Assembly: GCA_964633865.1 (NCBI GenBank)
Contig: CAZWIJ010000005.1
Span: 6,453-70,452, forward strand
DNA length: 64,000 nt
DNA from: an uncultured Candidatus Saccharibacteria bacterium
Lineage (GTDB): Bacteria; Patescibacteriota; Minisyncoccia; SW-4-49-11
Direction: 5' to 3'
The notes beneath the pieces are model-generated. The model saw nothing but the letters and a program-made list of their open reading frames with translations. It ran no database searches and was not told where the DNA came from. How positions within the stretch are numbered: position 1 is the first letter of the stretch; the number at the start of each line of letters is the position of its first letter. Position numbers and translations under genes: made by a program. Positions 8,695-18,793 of this stretch are shown here, piece by piece.

Positions 8695-9960
8695 ATGAGA
8701 AAAAATGGATTCACACTACTAGAATTAATTCTTTATATTAGTATAGCAGGAGTTACTATTGGAGTAATGGTATTTGGTCTAAACCAAATATATAAGATAA
8801 ACACTGCAAATAATGTTAGCTCTACAGTTAATACTGAAGCTAATAAAATATCTGATTTAATAAAATCAAATGTAGAATCAGCTGATACTATTGTATTACC
8901 TGATAATTCCAATTTGACTGGAGACAGCTTAACTTTATATTTTAATGATCAATCTACTAAAACATTTAACATAAATGGTGATAATTTTCAAATTATAAAT
9001 TCACCTTCTAACCTAGTTCAAACTATAAATATTGAAACTATAATAGTTTCTGATCTAACTTTTAATCTTATTAATAACGATAACTCTAATTATAAAGAAG
9101 GTATAAAATTTAGCTTTACAGTTACTTATAGACAATCTAATCTTGCTCCAGATAGCTTTGAATATGATAGTGAATTAAATGTTACAGACACTGTTTATCT
9201 AAATAAATTTACTGATATAAATCAAGAATCTTTATATTTAATGGAAGCATCTATCAAATCAAATCCTAATTTATCTATTTGGTTAGATGCTAATGACTCT
9301 AATTTAATAAAAGATGTAGATAATAAAGTTTCCACCTGGACAGACAAAAGTAATAATAATAGATTAGTTAACCAACCAACCTTAGCTAATCAACCTGTAT
9401 TTACTAATAATATACTTAACTCTTATCCTGTAATTAGATTTGATGGAACAGATGATTTTTTAAGTTTTGATGGAGGTTTTCTTCTCAACACCAAATATGA
9501 TATTTATATTGTGGGAGCTAGAAACTCTGATAAAAGTAATAACTTCTGGTTAGCTGGAGATTCTATAAATCAAAATGAGAATTTAAATATAGGTTATTTT
9601 GATGATACCACTCTTAGATTCTCACAACTAAATAATAATCTTGATGAAACTGTTGATCCATTCGCAAATCCAGAATTTAGATTATTTAATTTTAGTAATA
9701 ATTTGGTTGGTAAAAATATAGAACAAAATGGATTGTCTATTGCTGGTAACACTAATACTACTGATCTAATTTCATTTAATAATGCAAGCATAGGTAATTT
9801 TCTTAATACTGATTATTTAGATGGAGATATAGCCGAAATTTTAATATTTAATGCTAACCTAACAGAATACGATAAATCTATTGTGCTTGATTATCTGAAT
9901 ACAAAGTATAATATATATATTTCTAATGATACAAATTTATATATGGATGATTCTAACTAA
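8695..9960 (+). CDS. PilW/PulJ-like minor pilin with C-terminal LamG-like domain
   Basis: NG|FTLLELILYISI; IWLDAND...VSTWTDKS...RFDGTDDFL...YLDGDIAEILIFN...YLNTKY. Confidence 0.8.
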   Translation: MRKNGFTLLELILYISIAGVTIGVMVFGLNQIYKINTANNVSSTVNTEANKISDLIKSNVESADTIVLPDNSNLTGDSLTLYFNDQSTKTFNINGDNFQIINSPSNLVQTINIETIIVSDLTFNLINNDNSNYKEGIKFSFTVTYRQSNLAPDSFEYDSELNVTDTVYLNKFTDINQESLYLMEASIKSNPNLSIWLDANDSNLIKDVDNKVSTWTDKSNNNRLVNQPTLANQPVFTNNILNSYPVIRFDGTDDFLSFDGGFLLNTKYDIYIVGARNSDKSNNFWLAGDSINQNENLNIGYFDDTTLRFSQLNNNLDETVDPFANPEFRLFNFSNNLVGKNIEQNGLSIAGNTNTTDLISFNNASIGNFLNTDYLDGDIAEILIFNANLTEYDKSIVLDYLNTKYNIYISNDTNLYMDDSN

Positions 9961-10016
9961 AGAAAAAAGAGCTCTTACAGATTATGTACTAGATCTTTTT
10001 TTATACTTTAGGTAAT

Positions 10017-12890
10017 TTATAGAACTCTGATAGCAACTTTAATTTCACTGTTCTCTACTTTGATTGAATGGATATTCTCTTCTGTATCAAATTTGGTATA
10101 GATAAACTCATCCACTCCGACAGGGATTTTGATTATATATTGATTTTTCTTGATTGTATTTTCTAAAGCTTTGTTTGCATCAATACTTAGGACTATTCTT
10201 TGTTCCATTGATAATTTCTCTTTCTTTCTTACCATTTGAAGATTTCTGATAATTTCTCTTACCAATCCCTCTTGTTTTAGTTCTTCAGTTAATTTAGTAT
10301 CTAAAAAGATTGTGATTGTATTATCTGTCAGAGAAATAGTATCTATAAGATCCCCTTCAGAAACATTTTTGACATTAATTTCGGTTGCTATAATTTCTTT
10401 CATCCAATCTTTCAATACCAGATTAGATACAGACAATTCTAATAAAGGTTGTCTTACCTTGATAGCTGATTGATCTCTTAATTTGAATCCAGTCTCTACC
10501 ACTACTTTCACCTTTTCCATATCAAGCAAGATTTCTTGATTGATTTCTTTTTCATAAGAAACAGGATAATCTGTCAAATGAATTGATTCTGGAGCTTCTT
10601 TGTCTATTGGTATAACTAATTTTTGGTATAAATATTCAGTTATGAAAGGTGAAAATGGAGATAAGACTTTGAGTAAATCTATATAGACTTGATAAATTAT
10701 TTGTAATGATTCTCTATTTCCATTAGCAAAATCTGCTCTTGAAATTCTAATATACCATTTAGAAAATTCTTCCATAAAATCTTTAATTTCTCTTAGAGCT
10801 TGTGATATTTTGTACTTATCAAGACTTTCTGTCACTTCCCTCACCATCAAGTTAAATTTTGATAATAACCAGATATTTTTAGCTTGTGTTGGATTAACTC
10901 TTATTTTGCTCAGTTCCAAATTATGCAAGTTTGAATAAGTCACAATAAAAGAGTACATATTCCAAATTGGCAACATATATTCTTGATTCATAACCTTCAA
11001 AGTTTTGTCAGATATTGTGGTATCTTCTCCCGCAACAATTGGAGTGGAGAAAAAATTTAGTCTGATTGAATCTGCTCCAAATTTATCCAAAAGTTCATTT
11101 GGATCTGTATAATTTTGCTTAGATTTGGATAGTTTTTGCCCATCATCAGCCAAGACCATACCGTTTACTACTACTTGTTTATAAGGTGATTTACCAAATA
11201 AAGCTGTTGAAATCGCCATCAATGAATAAAACCAACCCCTTGTCTGATCTACTCCTTCTGCTATATATTCGGCTGGGAATTTTTGTGTAAATAGTTCTTT
11301 GTTCTCAAATGGATAATGAAATCTAGCGAAAGGCATTGCTCCTGAATCATACCAAACATCAATAACATCTTTGATTCTCGTATATTCTTCTCCATCAATT
11401 GTGAATTTTATATCATCGACAAAAGGTCTATGTGGATCTGAAATTTTGGTTCCTGTTAGATTTTCTATCTCCTCAAAAGATCCTATCACTTTAACTTTAC
11501 CTGATTCTGATTTCCAAACTGGAAGTGGTGTCCCCCAATATCTACTTCTGGATATTCCCCAATCTTTGATTTCCGCTAACCAATGTCCAAATCTCCCCTC
11601 TTTGATATGTTCTGGCATCCAACCTACAGATTTATTGTTATTGACAAGTTCATTTCTTAATTTTGACATTGCAACATACCAGGATGTAATAGGCTTATAG
11701 ATAAGAGGTGTGTTAGTTCTCCAACACATAGGCATATCATGAGTATAATCTTCAGCTTTCAATAATCTTTCTCTTTCTGTCAAATCTTTAGTTATATATT
11801 TATTTGCTTTTTTATAAAACATTCCTGCATAATCTTTGATTTCGTCTGTAAAAGTACCTGTATCATCTAATACATCTAGTGATTCTATTCCAACTTTTTG
11901 AAAAATTTCATTATCCTCAGCTCCATAGGGTGCCAAATGAACAATCCCAGTACCAGATTCAGTTGTTACATGAAATCCATCATAAACTTTGAAACAATTT
12001 TTTCTTCCTTTGAAATAATCAAATAGAGGTTTATATTCAAGTCCTATTAATTCTTCGCCCAATATTTCTTCCAAAATACTATGTTCTTGATCCCCAAATA
12101 CACTTTCCACCAAATCAGAAGCCACCACAAAATTTCCTTTAAGAGTCTTTACTTTGGAGTATTTGAGATCTTTTCCCACGGCTAAAGCAAAATTGGTTGG
12201 TAATGTCCAAGGAGTTGTTGTCCAAGCAAGAATACTAAAATCTCTGTCAATCACTGGGAAAATAACTGTAACTGCTGTATCCACAATTGGTTTATAACCA
12301 CCTAAAGCAACTTCTGCATTAGAGAGAGTTGTACCAGCTCTAGTAGAATATGGAACCACTTTAAAACCTTCATACAATAAATCTTTTTTGTAAAGCTCTG
12401 ATAGAGACCACCAAACAGATTCTATATAATCACTATCCATTGTAGCATACTCTTCCGTATCATTGGCAAGTCTACCCATTCTTTCTTCTAATTCTATAAT
12501 TCTATCCCGATGTTCCAAAACAGACTCTCTACATAATTGGTTAAATTTTTCTATCCCAAATTTTTCTATATCTTTTTTTTCAGTAAAACCAAGTTTTTTC
12601 TCCACTTCATATTCTACAGGGATTCCTTGACAATCCCAACCAATACTCCTGTTCACTCTATATCCCTGCATTGTCCAATATCTAGGATAAATATCTTTTA
12701 GAGCAAAAGTTAACATATGCCCATGATGTGGAGCACCGTTAGCTGTGATAGGTCCATCAAAAAAAGTTTTTGACATATTTTCTGGTCTTTGTTTGATAGA
12801 TTTCTCTAATATATTTTCTATTTTCCACCATTTCAAAGTTTGTGCTTCTAATTCTGGAAATGATACTTTAAAAATAGGTTTTTCGAACAT
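10017..12890 (-). CDS. ileS: Isoleucine--tRNA ligase (type 2-like)
   Basis: DGPITANGAPHHGH, GWDCQGIPVE, WTTTPWTLP, DWGISRSRYWGTP, KLSKS. Confidence 0.95.
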   Translation of the reverse strand: MFEKPIFKVSFPELEAQTLKWWKIENILEKSIKQRPENMSKTFFDGPITANGAPHHGHMLTFALKDIYPRYWTMQGYRVNRSIGWDCQGIPVEYEVEKKLGFTEKKDIEKFGIEKFNQLCRESVLEHRDRIIELEERMGRLANDTEEYATMDSDYIESVWWSLSELYKKDLLYEGFKVVPYSTRAGTTLSNAEVALGGYKPIVDTAVTVIFPVIDRDFSILAWTTTPWTLPTNFALAVGKDLKYSKVKTLKGNFVVASDLVESVFGDQEHSILEEILGEELIGLEYKPLFDYFKGRKNCFKVYDGFHVTTESGTGIVHLAPYGAEDNEIFQKVGIESLDVLDDTGTFTDEIKDYAGMFYKKANKYITKDLTERERLLKAEDYTHDMPMCWRTNTPLIYKPITSWYVAMSKLRNELVNNNKSVGWMPEHIKEGRFGHWLAEIKDWGISRSRYWGTPLPVWKSESGKVKVIGSFEEIENLTGTKISDPHRPFVDDIKFTIDGEEYTRIKDVIDVWYDSGAMPFARFHYPFENKELFTQKFPAEYIAEGVDQTRGWFYSLMAISTALFGKSPYKQVVVNGMVLADDGQKLSKSKQNYTDPNELLDKFGADSIRLNFFSTPIVAGEDTTISDKTLKVMNQEYMLPIWNMYSFIVTYSNLHNLELSKIRVNPTQAKNIWLLSKFNLMVREVTESLDKYKISQALREIKDFMEEFSKWYIRISRADFANGNRESLQIIYQVYIDLLKVLSPFSPFITEYLYQKLVIPIDKEAPESIHLTDYPVSYEKEINQEILLDMEKVKVVVETGFKLRDQSAIKVRQPLLELSVSNLVLKDWMKEIIATEINVKNVSEGDLIDTISLTDNTITIFLDTKLTEELKQEGLVREIIRNLQMVRKKEKLSMEQRIVLSIDANKALENTIKKNQYIIKIPVGVDEFIYTKFDTEENIHSIKVENSEIKVAIRVL

Positions 12891-12999
12891 AATACTTTAA
12901 TAAATTTAATTTAATATAAAATATTATAGCATAAATTTTTCATTGTTTCAAAAGGTACATAAATTGAATAAAAATTTATTATAAAAATGTAAATTACTA

Positions 13000-13028
13000 T
13001 TGACACTAAGCTTTATTTATGATACAAT
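13000..13028 (+). promoter_or_regulatory. Sigma70-type promoter
   Basis: TTGACA-17 bp-TACAAT; it overlaps the ORF-track start, which favours the ATG at 13061. Confidence 0.65.
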
Positions 13029-13060
13029 TTTCCTGTCCTAAATTTGCACTTTATTATATT

Positions 13061-13510
13061 ATGAAAAAAGATTTTCTTCCTTGCAGTTCCTATTATTTTC
13101 AGACAATTGATGATCTAGAATATAAGATTGAGTTTAAATACGATCCTGCAAAGGATCAACGAGCTTTTATAATAATTACTTACAGAGATTTGGAAATTTT
13201 GAATTCATGGATAAGCCTAACTGGGTTTTCTATGGCAGCAAATCAATCTTTCTATATCTCACATTTTGCTTATAATTCAAATCATAAGCAAATAATGATT
13301 GAAGTTTTAGAATCCTTCATTTGGATTTATCAAAATCTAAATGGGGACAATGAGTTTGCTGTTGGAACTCCTAAATGGCTCTTCAATGTATTTAAAGACG
13401 AGTTTCGATTAAAAGAAACTTCAAGCTTTACTTATCTTTTAATTCCTAAAGAATACAAAATTTCTGATTTAAATCCATTCCCATGGATGATATTAGTAGA
13501 ACAAAGATAG
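13061..13510 (+). CDS. Hypothetical protein
   Basis: ORF bracketed by a consensus promoter and a terminator; no motif recognised. Confidence 0.6.
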   Translation: MKKDFLPCSSYYFQTIDDLEYKIEFKYDPAKDQRAFIIITYRDLEILNSWISLTGFSMAANQSFYISHFAYNSNHKQIMIEVLESFIWIYQNLNGDNEFAVGTPKWLFNVFKDEFRLKETSSFTYLLIPKEYKISDLNPFPWMILVEQR

Positions 13511-13534
13511 TAAAATAAATTAATTTAAACCATT

Positions 13535-13559
13535 AAGTCTCTTCGTAAGAGACTTTTTT
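13535..13559 (+). terminator. Intrinsic terminator
   Basis: AAGTCTCTT-CGT-AAGAGACTT followed by T-run. Confidence 0.75.
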
Positions 13560-13611
13560 ATTTAGATAAAAAATAACCTCTCCTTACAAAAAAGAGAGGT
13601 CTAATACATAT

Positions 13612-15327
13612 TTACATAAAGTTTAATTGTTTGTAGAGATCACAATGATCTAATAGATATTCATGATTACCTGTACAGACAATTCGTCCATTATCAAGGA
13701 CAAGAATAATATCTGAATCTCGGACAGTAGAAAGCCTGTGGGCAATTACTATCCAAGTTTTTTTACCAGATATTTCATCTAATATCTGAAAATTTGTTTG
13801 GATATTTTTTTCCGTAATATTATCTAGACTAGCTGTTGCTTCATCTAGCACAATAATACTTGGATTTTTAAACAAAAGACGAGCTATAGCCAATCTTTGC
13901 TTCTCTCCACCAGAAAGCTTAGTACCTGCTTGACCTAATTTTGTATCAAGTCTATAAGGTAAATTCAAGATAAACTCTGCTGAGGCTTGATTAATAATCT
14001 TTAGTAATTGATCATCATTTCGGTATTTAGATTTATTACCAAAAATAATATTGTCCCTTACAGTCCCTGAAAACAAAGGCACATCTTGAGATACATAACC
14101 AATTTGTTGGTAAAAACTCTGCTCAGAGTATTCCGATAAAAAGTTACCATCTACAAAGATTTCTCCTTGAAATTTAGGATAAAGCCCCATTAGAATTTTC
14201 ACAAAAGTACTTTTACCAGCACCAGAAGGTCCAACTAAAGCTATTTTAATTTTACTTGGGAGAAATAGATTAATATTATGTAAAATCTCAAGATTATCAT
14301 GATAACCAAATCTAAGATTTGAGATCTCTATTCCTTGAGATAATCCTTGAAAGTTTATACCAGGTGAGCTAAAAATAGTGACTGGCTGATACTCCAATAA
14401 ATCGATTAACCCCTCAATGTTTTTCCACATCATAGACTCTTCTGAGCTTTTATTTTGGAATATCCAAATTAACTGAAGCACTTTGTGAGCATACATAATC
14501 AAAGCCATAATACCACCAGAATCCAAGCTTCCACTTGCTACTTTAGGTAATAAGATAAGAAGACTCATCACCATAATAAAATTACCAGAGTTATATGAAA
14601 AGATATCTAGTAGTAACTCTAAGCCAAAAATTTTACCTTCTTTTTCAGAAATTTCTTTGGTTTTAGATTTACAATCTTCCACTAAATCTTTCTCTGCTTG
14701 GTAAGTTCTGACTATTGTCAAGTTTTCTAGGATTTCTCTTTGGCTAATATCCAACCCTCTTTGAATATCATATTTCTGATCATATAATTCCTCAACTATA
14801 GGTCCTAGATAGATTTTACTAATAAAACATAAAATCCCAATTACCAGAACCCCAATTGAGAATATTGGATCTTGCGACCAGAGATAAAATAAGGCCCCAA
14901 CAGATACAGGAACAGAGACAAAAATATCGCCATTCCCTAAGAAATAAAAAATTTTCCCGAGTGACTCTAAACCATCTTCTGCTTTAGAAATAATATTTTC
15001 TGATCCTTCTTGATCATAGAACATTATATCTAATTTTAGAAGTTTCTCAAAAACAATTTGACGGATTTCTGTTAAATAACTCCCTCTAACAGAATTCTTA
15101 ACCAAAGAAACTGCGGGAATACAAGAAAATAATATTCCCATAACAATCAAACTGATAAAAAACCAGTTGATTTCCCCTAAATTAGCTTCTTCTGTCACAG
15201 TTTGAAAAGCCCAAGGAAGAAATGATTCCAAGCCTCCAAAAAACACTATACAAATAACTAAGATTATTATTTGCAAATAATAATTTGAAAAACTTGTAAA
15301 AACCCAAAGAATAGTTTTTTGATTCAT
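13612..15327 (-). CDS. ABC exporter, fused permease and ATPase (MsbA/MdlB-like)
   Basis: TM domain, GPSGAGKS, LSGGEKQR, IIVLDEATASLD, IAHRLST. Confidence 0.9.
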   Translation of the reverse strand: MNQKTILWVFTSFSNYYLQIIILVICIVFFGGLESFLPWAFQTVTEEANLGEINWFFISLIVMGILFSCIPAVSLVKNSVRGSYLTEIRQIVFEKLLKLDIMFYDQEGSENIISKAEDGLESLGKIFYFLGNGDIFVSVPVSVGALFYLWSQDPIFSIGVLVIGILCFISKIYLGPIVEELYDQKYDIQRGLDISQREILENLTIVRTYQAEKDLVEDCKSKTKEISEKEGKIFGLELLLDIFSYNSGNFIMVMSLLILLPKVASGSLDSGGIMALIMYAHKVLQLIWIFQNKSSEESMMWKNIEGLIDLLEYQPVTIFSSPGINFQGLSQGIEISNLRFGYHDNLEILHNINLFLPSKIKIALVGPSGAGKSTFVKILMGLYPKFQGEIFVDGNFLSEYSEQSFYQQIGYVSQDVPLFSGTVRDNIIFGNKSKYRNDDQLLKIINQASAEFILNLPYRLDTKLGQAGTKLSGGEKQRLAIARLLFKNPSIIVLDEATASLDNITEKNIQTNFQILDEISGKKTWIVIAHRLSTVRDSDIILVLDNGRIVCTGNHEYLLDHCDLYKQLNFM

Positions 15328-15580
15328 TTAAGAGACAATATCCTATTTTTAAAAGTACATTCTAAACACACAAAAAGTGTAAATTTATATTAACATTTTT
15401 TAGAAAAAAGTCAAGTTATAGAATGTTATTATCTTCATTTCAAAATAACACCTATTATTAATTTAATATATAAATACAAATTATTCATTACTAATTTATA
15501 TCATTTAATTTTTTATTGCTTTTATCTATTAAATTTGATATAATTAATAGCTTACTTAGTAGATTTTAAATAAGATTTTT

Positions 15581-16735
15581 ATGTCATCACAAAATAATAA
15601 GTTAGAAATATTAGATATAATAAATTCATCTGAATCAATATTGATACCATTATCAAAAATAAGTTGGAAAAAAGATATTGGATTAGCTCTTGCTCTTGGA
15701 TATATTATGGAACAAAAAGGGAAAAAAGTTAGTATTATTTTACCTGAAAAAGTTAATGCCACTTATTTAGATTTCTTACCTATGAATTTAGTTTCAGATT
15801 TGAGTCTTTTACAAAAATATTCTGTAATATCAATCAATATGGATCAATTCCCTATTGAAGAATTAAAGTATGATATAAATGGAAATAATCTAGAAATATT
15901 TTTATCTCAAGGCTTGATTCCACTAAAACCTGAATTTACTAAGATTCTTACAAATCAAATTATATTTAATTTAATCTTTGGAATAAATAACAAGCATTGG
16001 AATGATCTAGGTAAAATTTATGATGATAATCAAATTTTATTCCAAAAAACACCTTCAATTGGATTTGATACTAATTCTGAATCTCTATACACTAACTTTA
16101 AATATATTGGAAACAACAATACATTATCCACAGTAGAAATTATTTATGATTTCATAAAAGATAATTTCAGTGAATACATAAATAAAAATGTTGCTACGGC
16201 ATTATACTTGAGCTTAGTTCTAGAAACAGATAATTTTACTTCCCCTAATATAAATTATAGATTATTTGAAATTGCTTCAAATCTTTTAGAACTAGGAGTT
16301 GACAAAGATAATGTGATTCGTATACTTTATAAATCAAAATCTTTAAATAAAATTAAATTACTAGGTAGAGTACTCTCTCATTTAAGTTTCTATGATATAG
16401 ATGATTCAAAGAATTTTAAAATTGCTTCCATAAAATTATTTAATCATGATTTTTTAAAAACTAATACTAATAAAGATGATTTAGAAGTTGTTTTAGACAA
16501 TTTAAAAGACTATTTAGATGTCAATATTATAGGAATTAATTTAATTTTAGAAAATGGAACTAATATCAAGGAAGGTATAATTAATTTGTTTAAAAGTACA
16601 TACAATTTAAGTATGACTTTTAATGGAGAATATATCGACAATAATTTTTATTATCAATATCCATCTGAGAAAGACATTGATAATACTTTAGATGAGGTAA
16701 ATCAAAAAATTAAAATTATTTTAACTGAATTATAA
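15581..16735 (+). CDS. DHH/NrnA-family phosphoesterase-like protein with degenerate active site
   Basis: STVEIIY...VATALYLSLVLETDNF...ASNLLELG scaffold; DxD and DHH motifs not present. Confidence 0.6.
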   Translation: MSSQNNKLEILDIINSSESILIPLSKISWKKDIGLALALGYIMEQKGKKVSIILPEKVNATYLDFLPMNLVSDLSLLQKYSVISINMDQFPIEELKYDINGNNLEIFLSQGLIPLKPEFTKILTNQIIFNLIFGINNKHWNDLGKIYDDNQILFQKTPSIGFDTNSESLYTNFKYIGNNNTLSTVEIIYDFIKDNFSEYINKNVATALYLSLVLETDNFTSPNINYRLFEIASNLLELGVDKDNVIRILYKSKSLNKIKLLGRVLSHLSFYDIDDSKNFKIASIKLFNHDFLKTNTNKDDLEVVLDNLKDYLDVNIIGINLILENGTNIKEGIINLFKSTYNLSMTFNGEYIDNNFYYQYPSEKDIDNTLDEVNQKIKIILTEL

Positions 16736-16753
16736 ATAATAAACTAATATATA

Positions 16754-17026
16754 ATGATAATGAATACCTTACAAAAAATAGAACAAATATTAGAAGAAAT
16801 TAGAAAAGTACTAGAACTAGATGGAGGAGATATTCAATTAATCTCATTTGAAAACAAAATTTTGACTTTAGAATTACAAGGAGCATGTTCTACCTGTGCT
16901 ATGTCAAATATAACATTTGGTATGATTCTAAATAATAAAATTAAAGATAGATGTGGTAATGATGTAAAAGAAATTTTATATTTAAATTCTATAAATGACG
17001 GTGAGATTTCACTATATTCTAAATAA
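16754..17026 (+). CDS. NifU/Nfu-domain Fe-S carrier
   Basis: LELDGGDIQL...LQGACSTCAMS. Confidence 0.85.
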   Translation: MIMNTLQKIEQILEEIRKVLELDGGDIQLISFENKILTLELQGACSTCAMSNITFGMILNNKIKDRCGNDVKEILYLNSINDGEISLYSK

Positions 17027-17028
17027 AT

Positions 17029-18057
17029 CTAATCCAAAGCTTTATTAATTTTATTTTCATCAATAACTCTATCAAATCTTTGATTATTTATAAATACTGT
17101 AGGTATTTTTCTAGTTTTTATCTCGTTTTTGACTAAATCATTTTGATTTGCCAAACTTTCTTTAATTTCTTTACTATCTGCTAATTCTTGTATAGATTTA
17201 ATCTCTTCCTTAGATAAGTCTAATTCTTCTTTTAATAATTTTTCTATTTTAGGTTCTAAATCAGATAAAGGAGTTTTTAGAAAATATTCTTGATATGAAG
17301 CAAAATAAACATCTAAAAATTTTATATCCATACCCTCAATACTTTTCAATGATTCAATAATACTTGCTAAATAATATGAATTTTCGTATCTATACCCTAT
17401 CTCACCATATGGAATTGGATATAAAAGATAAGTTATTTTGGATTTGGAATAAGCTTCAGATTCTTTCAGATTTAACCATTGATTTTTACAAAAAACACAA
17501 CTAGGATCCATAATTTCTAAAACTAAATTATCTGATTCAATATTTCCTGTGTATGTTGAACTATCTATAGAATAATCTCTAGGTTCCCATTTTCTAAATT
17601 TATCTGGAATTCTACTAAAAGTTTCTTTATAATAATCTGTTTGCTCCATTAAATATGTTTTTGTATCCCAAATAGGAGCTCTTTTAACTCCAATATTACA
17701 AGAATCTCCAGAAAGTGAACATCCCTCTTCTGAGAAAGGATTACATGTATCATAAACCCATAAATTAATTCCTGAATGAAATACAGACCATAGACTCCAT
17801 ATAGAAATAATAACAATTGTCCATGCCCAAAATTCCATAGTTTTTAATAAAAATTTAGCAAACTTTGGTGATCTATAGGCAAAGAGAGAAACTATTTCAT
17901 TTTTTAATTCTGAACCAAAATCTATATCACATGGTTTAAATGTAGCTCTCATAGTAACACAATGTAGTGATTTTTTGAACCATTTTCTATATAATGGGAA
18001 AAACATACCTACAGGGAATAAAGCTACAAAGATTACAAATGCAATTATACAAAACAT
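17029..18057 (-). CDS. Membrane-anchored DsbA/thioredoxin-fold protein
   Basis: DPSCVFCK CxxC motif, C-terminal IPTVFIN; Cys-rich TM N-terminus. Confidence 0.65.
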   Translation of the reverse strand: MFCIIAFVIFVALFPVGMFFPLYRKWFKKSLHCVTMRATFKPCDIDFGSELKNEIVSLFAYRSPKFAKFLLKTMEFWAWTIVIISIWSLWSVFHSGINLWVYDTCNPFSEEGCSLSGDSCNIGVKRAPIWDTKTYLMEQTDYYKETFSRIPDKFRKWEPRDYSIDSSTYTGNIESDNLVLEIMDPSCVFCKNQWLNLKESEAYSKSKITYLLYPIPYGEIGYRYENSYYLASIIESLKSIEGMDIKFLDVYFASYQEYFLKTPLSDLEPKIEKLLKEELDLSKEEIKSIQELADSKEIKESLANQNDLVKNEIKTRKIPTVFINNQRFDRVIDENKINKALD

Positions 18058-18065
18058 ATTTTTAT

Positions 18066-18788
18066 TTAGTTATTACTTTTATTTACTATCTCCCAAAAAT
18101 TATGCATTAAGGTATAAACATCTATATTTATATTTTCATCAAATGGTAAACAATGCTCCATATATTCTGGGTACATTTTTATTCTATGATTAAAATCTTC
18201 TATACTTAATTCTGGATGAAATTGTGTACCATAAAAATTCTTATACTGAAAAGCTTGTATGTTACATTTATTACTATAAGCTAAAATTTTTACAGCTTTA
18301 TTATTTAATGACACAACAGAAGATTTATGACTCAAAACACTATAAAATTCTTTTTCTAAACCCTTAAATAATCTATCCTTTATTCCATATTCTGTTAATA
18401 TAATCTTATTCACACCTGTTTCTGCTTGATTTTTATCTGGAAAAACATTCCCTCCTAAATAATCTGCTATTAATTGATGTCCAAAACATATTCCTAATGT
18501 AGGTATCTGTAAATGCTCTACTTCTTTTAGAAACTCCTTCATCTTATTAATTACAGATTCTAAGGTTTTTATTTTATGTAAATCAACCTCTTCATATCCA
18601 CTTTCTCCATTACCACCCAAAATTATACCCTTAGATCTTTTAGCTAAATATATTAGGTCTTTACTATCCAAATCACCATAAGCATTCACAATTGTATAAT
18701 TTGTATAATCCTTTGCAAGAGCATTATGTAAACACTTTACTTCATGATGACCTGAATTATCTTTTCTAAATTGTATAATTAAAATCAT
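18066..18788 (-). CDS. Class I glutamine amidotransferase
   Basis: PTLGICFGHQLIA and GTQFHPE. Confidence 0.9.
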   Translation of the reverse strand: MILIIQFRKDNSGHHEVKCLHNALAKDYTNYTIVNAYGDLDSKDLIYLAKRSKGIILGGNGESGYEEVDLHKIKTLESVINKMKEFLKEVEHLQIPTLGICFGHQLIADYLGGNVFPDKNQAETGVNKIILTEYGIKDRLFKGLEKEFYSVLSHKSSVVSLNNKAVKILAYSNKCNIQAFQYKNFYGTQFHPELSIEDFNHRIKMYPEYMEHCLPFDENINIDVYTLMHNFWEIVNKSNN

Positions 18789-18793
18789 ATAAA

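Noticed and set aside
12713-12740. IleRS signature variant linked to mupirocin hyper-resistance
   Set aside because: The motif is HHGH, the ordinary HxGH order, not the swapped GxHH form.
16124-16132. Single TTATCCACA
   Set aside because: Isolated and inside a coding sequence; compatible with chance.
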